DNA of 58,137 nucleotides, taken from assembly GCA_001818695.1 (NCBI GenBank), contig MHJG01000025.1, positions 8,373 to 66,509 of the forward strand, read 5' to 3'. How positions within the stretch are numbered: position 1 is the stretch's first letter; every line of letters begins with the position of its first letter. The DNA comes from Candidatus Harrisonbacteria bacterium RIFCSPHIGHO2_02_FULL_42_16 (GTDB taxonomy: Bacteria > Patescibacteriota > Minisyncoccia > UBA6257 > 02-FULL-45-10c). Below are positions 55,808-58,137 of this stretch, piece by piece. Made by a program: the position numbers and the translations under genes. Under the pieces are notes generated by a model that saw nothing but the letters and a program-made list of their open reading frames with translations, was not told the DNA's origin and searched no databases.

Positions 55808-56743
55808 TTATAAAATAATCATTTCTCGTTCGCCGGCGCTTTCCAGCTTTACAAATCCGCTGGATAACGCCAATTTATATAATAGGTAAGCCAATCCGGC
55901 GCTTAACCATCTGATTATAAATGTAAATCCTTTTACAGTTAAAAATACCAGCAATGCCGCGCTGATTGGAAGAATCAGGCGCACCGGTTCTGGAATCTTT
56001 TCCAGCCAGGACACGATATAATTATAAATCACATCATTAAAAGAATCATTGAAATTAAACTTAAATCCGTATTTTTCCTTTAATTGATTAAGCGCCTGTT
56101 CAACGGCTATGGTTTTCATTTTCTGCGGCAAAGCCGAAAGTCCGGCGCCCAGCCGGCTTTCCAACGATAATTCCGCAAACTTGGCAATGCTCATATTAAA
56201 AGTAAAATTCTGCGAAAGCAATCCCTGAATAATCGGCTGAGCCGGCTGAATTAACTGCAAAAACCGTTCTTTAGTAAGAGTAGCGCCATTCACCCAAACA
56301 ACTAAAATGCTGATAAATAAAGCAAAAGCGTTAAAGGCATAAGGCAGAACATAGCGTTCAATCCGGAAAAATTTCACTTTTAACTGATTATCCAATTCCT
56401 CTCTGCCGCGACGCGCCGCTAACAGCCAAAAACCGGCTAACGCCAGCCAAGCCGCCAGTAAACTAAAGGATAATTTTCCCAGAAACGGCGTAATCATCCC
56501 AAAACTGTCAATTAACGTTACGGCATAAACAGTCCGGCGATTTTCAATAAAAAGGACTTGCAGAAACAAAACGGCAAAAAAAATTAAAACGGTGAGTAGT
56601 AAAGGAGTCAAGTTAGCCACTCCGGCGATTACCGTTTCCAACAAATATCCGGCTGTTCCGGCTGAAACCGCGCCAGCCGCCCCGAGCAAAAAAATTTTCG
56701 GAGAAACATAAGAAGATATGCTGTCCACTGATTCCGTATTCAT
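55808..56743 (-). CDS. Polytopic membrane protein (311 aa), first gene of the apparent CIRCE-dnaJ operon
   Basis: About eight hydrophobic segments. 6-nt gap to dnaJ. No motif recognised. Confidence 0.65.
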   Translation of the reverse strand: MNTESVDSISSYVSPKIFLLGAAGAVSAGTAGYLLETVIAGVANLTPLLLTVLIFFAVLFLQVLFIENRRTVYAVTLIDSFGMITPFLGKLSFSLLAAWLALAGFWLLAARRGREELDNQLKVKFFRIERYVLPYAFNAFALFISILVVWVNGATLTKERFLQLIQPAQPIIQGLLSQNFTFNMSIAKFAELSLESRLGAGLSALPQKMKTIAVEQALNQLKEKYGFKFNFNDSFNDVIYNYIVSWLEKIPEPVRLILPISAALLVFLTVKGFTFIIRWLSAGLAYLLYKLALSSGFVKLESAGEREMIIL

Positions 56744-56780
56744 ATTTTTATTCTATCATATCTGCCGTAAGCATACCTTC

Positions 56781-56807
56781 TTATCACTCTCAAGTCAAGA
56801 GTGCTAA
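56781..56807. promoter_or_regulatory. CIRCE element TTATCACTC-N9-GAGTGCTAA
   Basis: The right arm is identical to the canonical CIRCE half-site. The left arm differs at one base (T for G). It lies 38 nt upstream of the 56743 start. Confidence 0.8.
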
Positions 56808-56962
56808 TTTTCTTTCTTATCGGCGGCGTTATGCTTCCTGTCGGCGCAACCACATTCTTTAAACGGCTTATTTCTGTCCGGACAGGCCTCGGACTTGCAA
56901 ACACCCGGCTCGTCCGCTTCCCCGCCGCACCCGCCGGCGCAAATGTAATGTTGATTATCCAT
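56804..56962 (-). CDS. Unannotated 52-aa Cys-rich mini-protein
   Basis: The complement reads MDNQHYICAGGCGGEADEPGVCKSEACPDRNKPFKECGCADRKHNAADKKEN* (53 codons, counted). It has 6 Cys in CxxxC / C-x4-C / CxC spacing. It is on the same strand as its neighbours and preferred over the plus-strand 61-aa ORF. TATAAT lies 7 nt before the ATG. Confidence 0.5.
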   Translation of the reverse strand: MDNQHYICAGGCGGEADEPGVCKSEACPDRNKPFKECGCADRKHNAADKKEN

Positions 56963-57021
56963 AATAAAATTATAACATTATTTTAATTATAAAATCTAAA
57001 TAATGGCATCAATTACTCGGC

Positions 57022-58047
57022 CTATTTTATGATTTCTGCTCTTTGTAAAACTTGTCTCACGGAATATCGGTAATTATGAACTTTAGCCAAAGCTTTTCTG
57101 GCTTGTTGTTTAGTAATAAAACCAACAGTTACCTCTCTCGATAATCTGGTGGAATCGGGATGAAATCCTAATAATTTATCGGCTTTAGATTCAGATGCTC
57201 GGGCCAAAAGACACGAGTTAGCATTGGTTTCAATTAATCTTTCGCCCCGAGGTTTTTTCCAACCCAATGTTTTAAGAATTTCATTTACATCGCTTATTCT
57301 TCTCTGTAATAAAAATGGTAAATGAACGATATAAAGTGGCGGCTTATCAGAAAATAGTTTAATTTTCCTTATGCCTGAAAAAATAAATCGGTTCGATTTT
57401 TTATCTTGGCTCAAGCCAGTCCATTCATTGATGCCTAAAACAATTAATTTGATGCCCCGCCTTGCCGCCTCTCTATAATATGAGGGCACTACCGTGTGCC
57501 GGCACAAAATACATACCCTAACAAAAGCGTGAGATTTTTTAGATTTTATAGAATAATATTTTTTGCCTTGAACATAGTTCCTTAGAAATTCCCGCTTCAA
57601 GGATGGCGTGATTTTCTTAGAATACAATTCGGCTGTTTTTTGATAAGAAACGAGGTCGTGTTTTTGGATATATTTTTTAATATCAATTCTTACGTAATCA
57701 ATCCCCAATTTTCTGGCTACTTGAGCTGCTCGACTGAAAATATGCTGAGGATAATAACCCAAATCAAAAGTAAACGCTAATGGCGTAAAGCCTATTTTCA
57801 AAACAGTATATAAAATAGCAGTGCTGTCTTTCCCTCCGGAAATCCCGACCATGACATCATATTTTTTATTTTTACTATCGCCAATAAAAGTTTTTAAAAA
57901 TTCCAGTTCTTTTTTTAATAACTTGCCGTCAAAATTATTTTTATATAATTCGCATAAACGACATAGGCCGTTACGGCCTATAGATATGGTTGGATTTAAA
58001 GTATTGTTTAAACAAATTTTACATTCGCGCAATTTAACAATTATCAT
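57022..58047 (-). CDS. PP-loop ATP-pyrophosphatase family protein (N-acetyl-sugar amidotransferase-like)
   Basis: SGGKDS PP-loop and an N-terminal CKIC...CRLC zinc ribbon. Confidence 0.65.
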   Translation of the reverse strand: MIIVKLRECKICLNNTLNPTISIGRNGLCRLCELYKNNFDGKLLKKELEFLKTFIGDSKNKKYDVMVGISGGKDSTAILYTVLKIGFTPLAFTFDLGYYPQHIFSRAAQVARKLGIDYVRIDIKKYIQKHDLVSYQKTAELYSKKITPSLKREFLRNYVQGKKYYSIKSKKSHAFVRVCILCRHTVVPSYYREAARRGIKLIVLGINEWTGLSQDKKSNRFIFSGIRKIKLFSDKPPLYIVHLPFLLQRRISDVNEILKTLGWKKPRGERLIETNANSCLLARASESKADKLLGFHPDSTRLSREVTVGFITKQQARKALAKVHNYRYSVRQVLQRAEIIK

Positions 58048-58137
58048 TTGACTTTGAATTTATTTTTTAAGTATTTAATTATAGCCCGGTCATAAGCGCC
58101 AACATATTCAAAGGCCTTGAGGGCCAATTTTTCATTA
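58044..58137 (-). CDS. Partial CDS (C-terminal 30 codons) resembling the end of the IMP-cyclohydrolase (MGS-like) domain of PurH
   Basis: The complement reads ...NEKLALKAFEYVGAYDRAIIKYLKNKFKVK*; compare E. coli PurH [21 protein letters not shown]. Its TGA overlaps the next ATG (ATGA). Confidence 0.4.
   Translation of the reverse strand, partial: NEKLALKAFEYVGAYDRAIIKYLKNKFKVK

Noticed and set aside
56801-56986. A 61-aa plus-strand ORF (GTG start) in the CIRCE-proximal spacer.
   Set aside because: The opposite-strand 52-aa Cys-rich frame is on the gene-sense strand, has an ATG with an upstream TATAAT, and has a patterned cysteine sequence. The choice of strand still needs comparative confirmation.

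Overview
This is a 58.1-kb AT-rich bacterial chromosomal segment. It holds roughly 70 protein genes, all but seven on the minus strand, plus three tRNAs (Ser-GGA, Leu-CAG, Lys-UUU). I recognised no rRNA, CRISPR array, transposase or integrase.

Core content is housekeeping: htpX-lemA, thyX plus a dCMP deaminase, groES-groEL, rmuC, trpS, RNase J, secG, gpmI, RNase Y, HU, an ECF sigma/anti-sigma pair, a Nudix hydrolase, PolX, a Clp-type AAA+ protein, truB-tgt, PGI/PMI, a CcdA/thioredoxin/DoxX/DUF3105 thiol-redox cluster, secD-secF, lexA and dnaJ. Small genes, no biosynthetic operons and many short orphan ORFs with their own consensus promoters suggest a reduced-genome Patescibacteria/CPR-type organism. 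That is inference only.

Most noteworthy observations:
1. A roughly 6-kb accessory block beside tRNA-Lys (47.6-53.8 kb). In it, a bona fide lexA appears to be the first cistron of a BcgI-like fused nuclease-methylase plus specificity-subunit operon. A non-canonical palindromic operator candidate precedes it. A DUF3800 gene paired with a very AT-rich unknown gene sits alongside. A near-identical 24-nt hairpin brackets the block on both sides.
2. A roughly 130-nt inverted-repeat element family whose 19-nt arms pair across the start-codon regions of polX and secF.
3. A minimal caspase-fold protein translationally coupled to the dCMP deaminase, upstream of thyX.
4. A HEAT-repeat::DNA-methyltransferase fusion coupled to an unknown downstream ORF, next to tRNA-Ser.
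5. A single visibly GC-rich orphan gene with its own promoter and terminator.
6. A 60-nt promoter-leader cassette (52/60 identical) shared by two unrelated orphan genes.
7. Variant CIRCE elements in front of groES-groEL and of a membrane-protein-dnaJ operon.
8. Several ORF-free structured intergenic stretches.

All functional calls come from motif recognition by eye. No database search was run.
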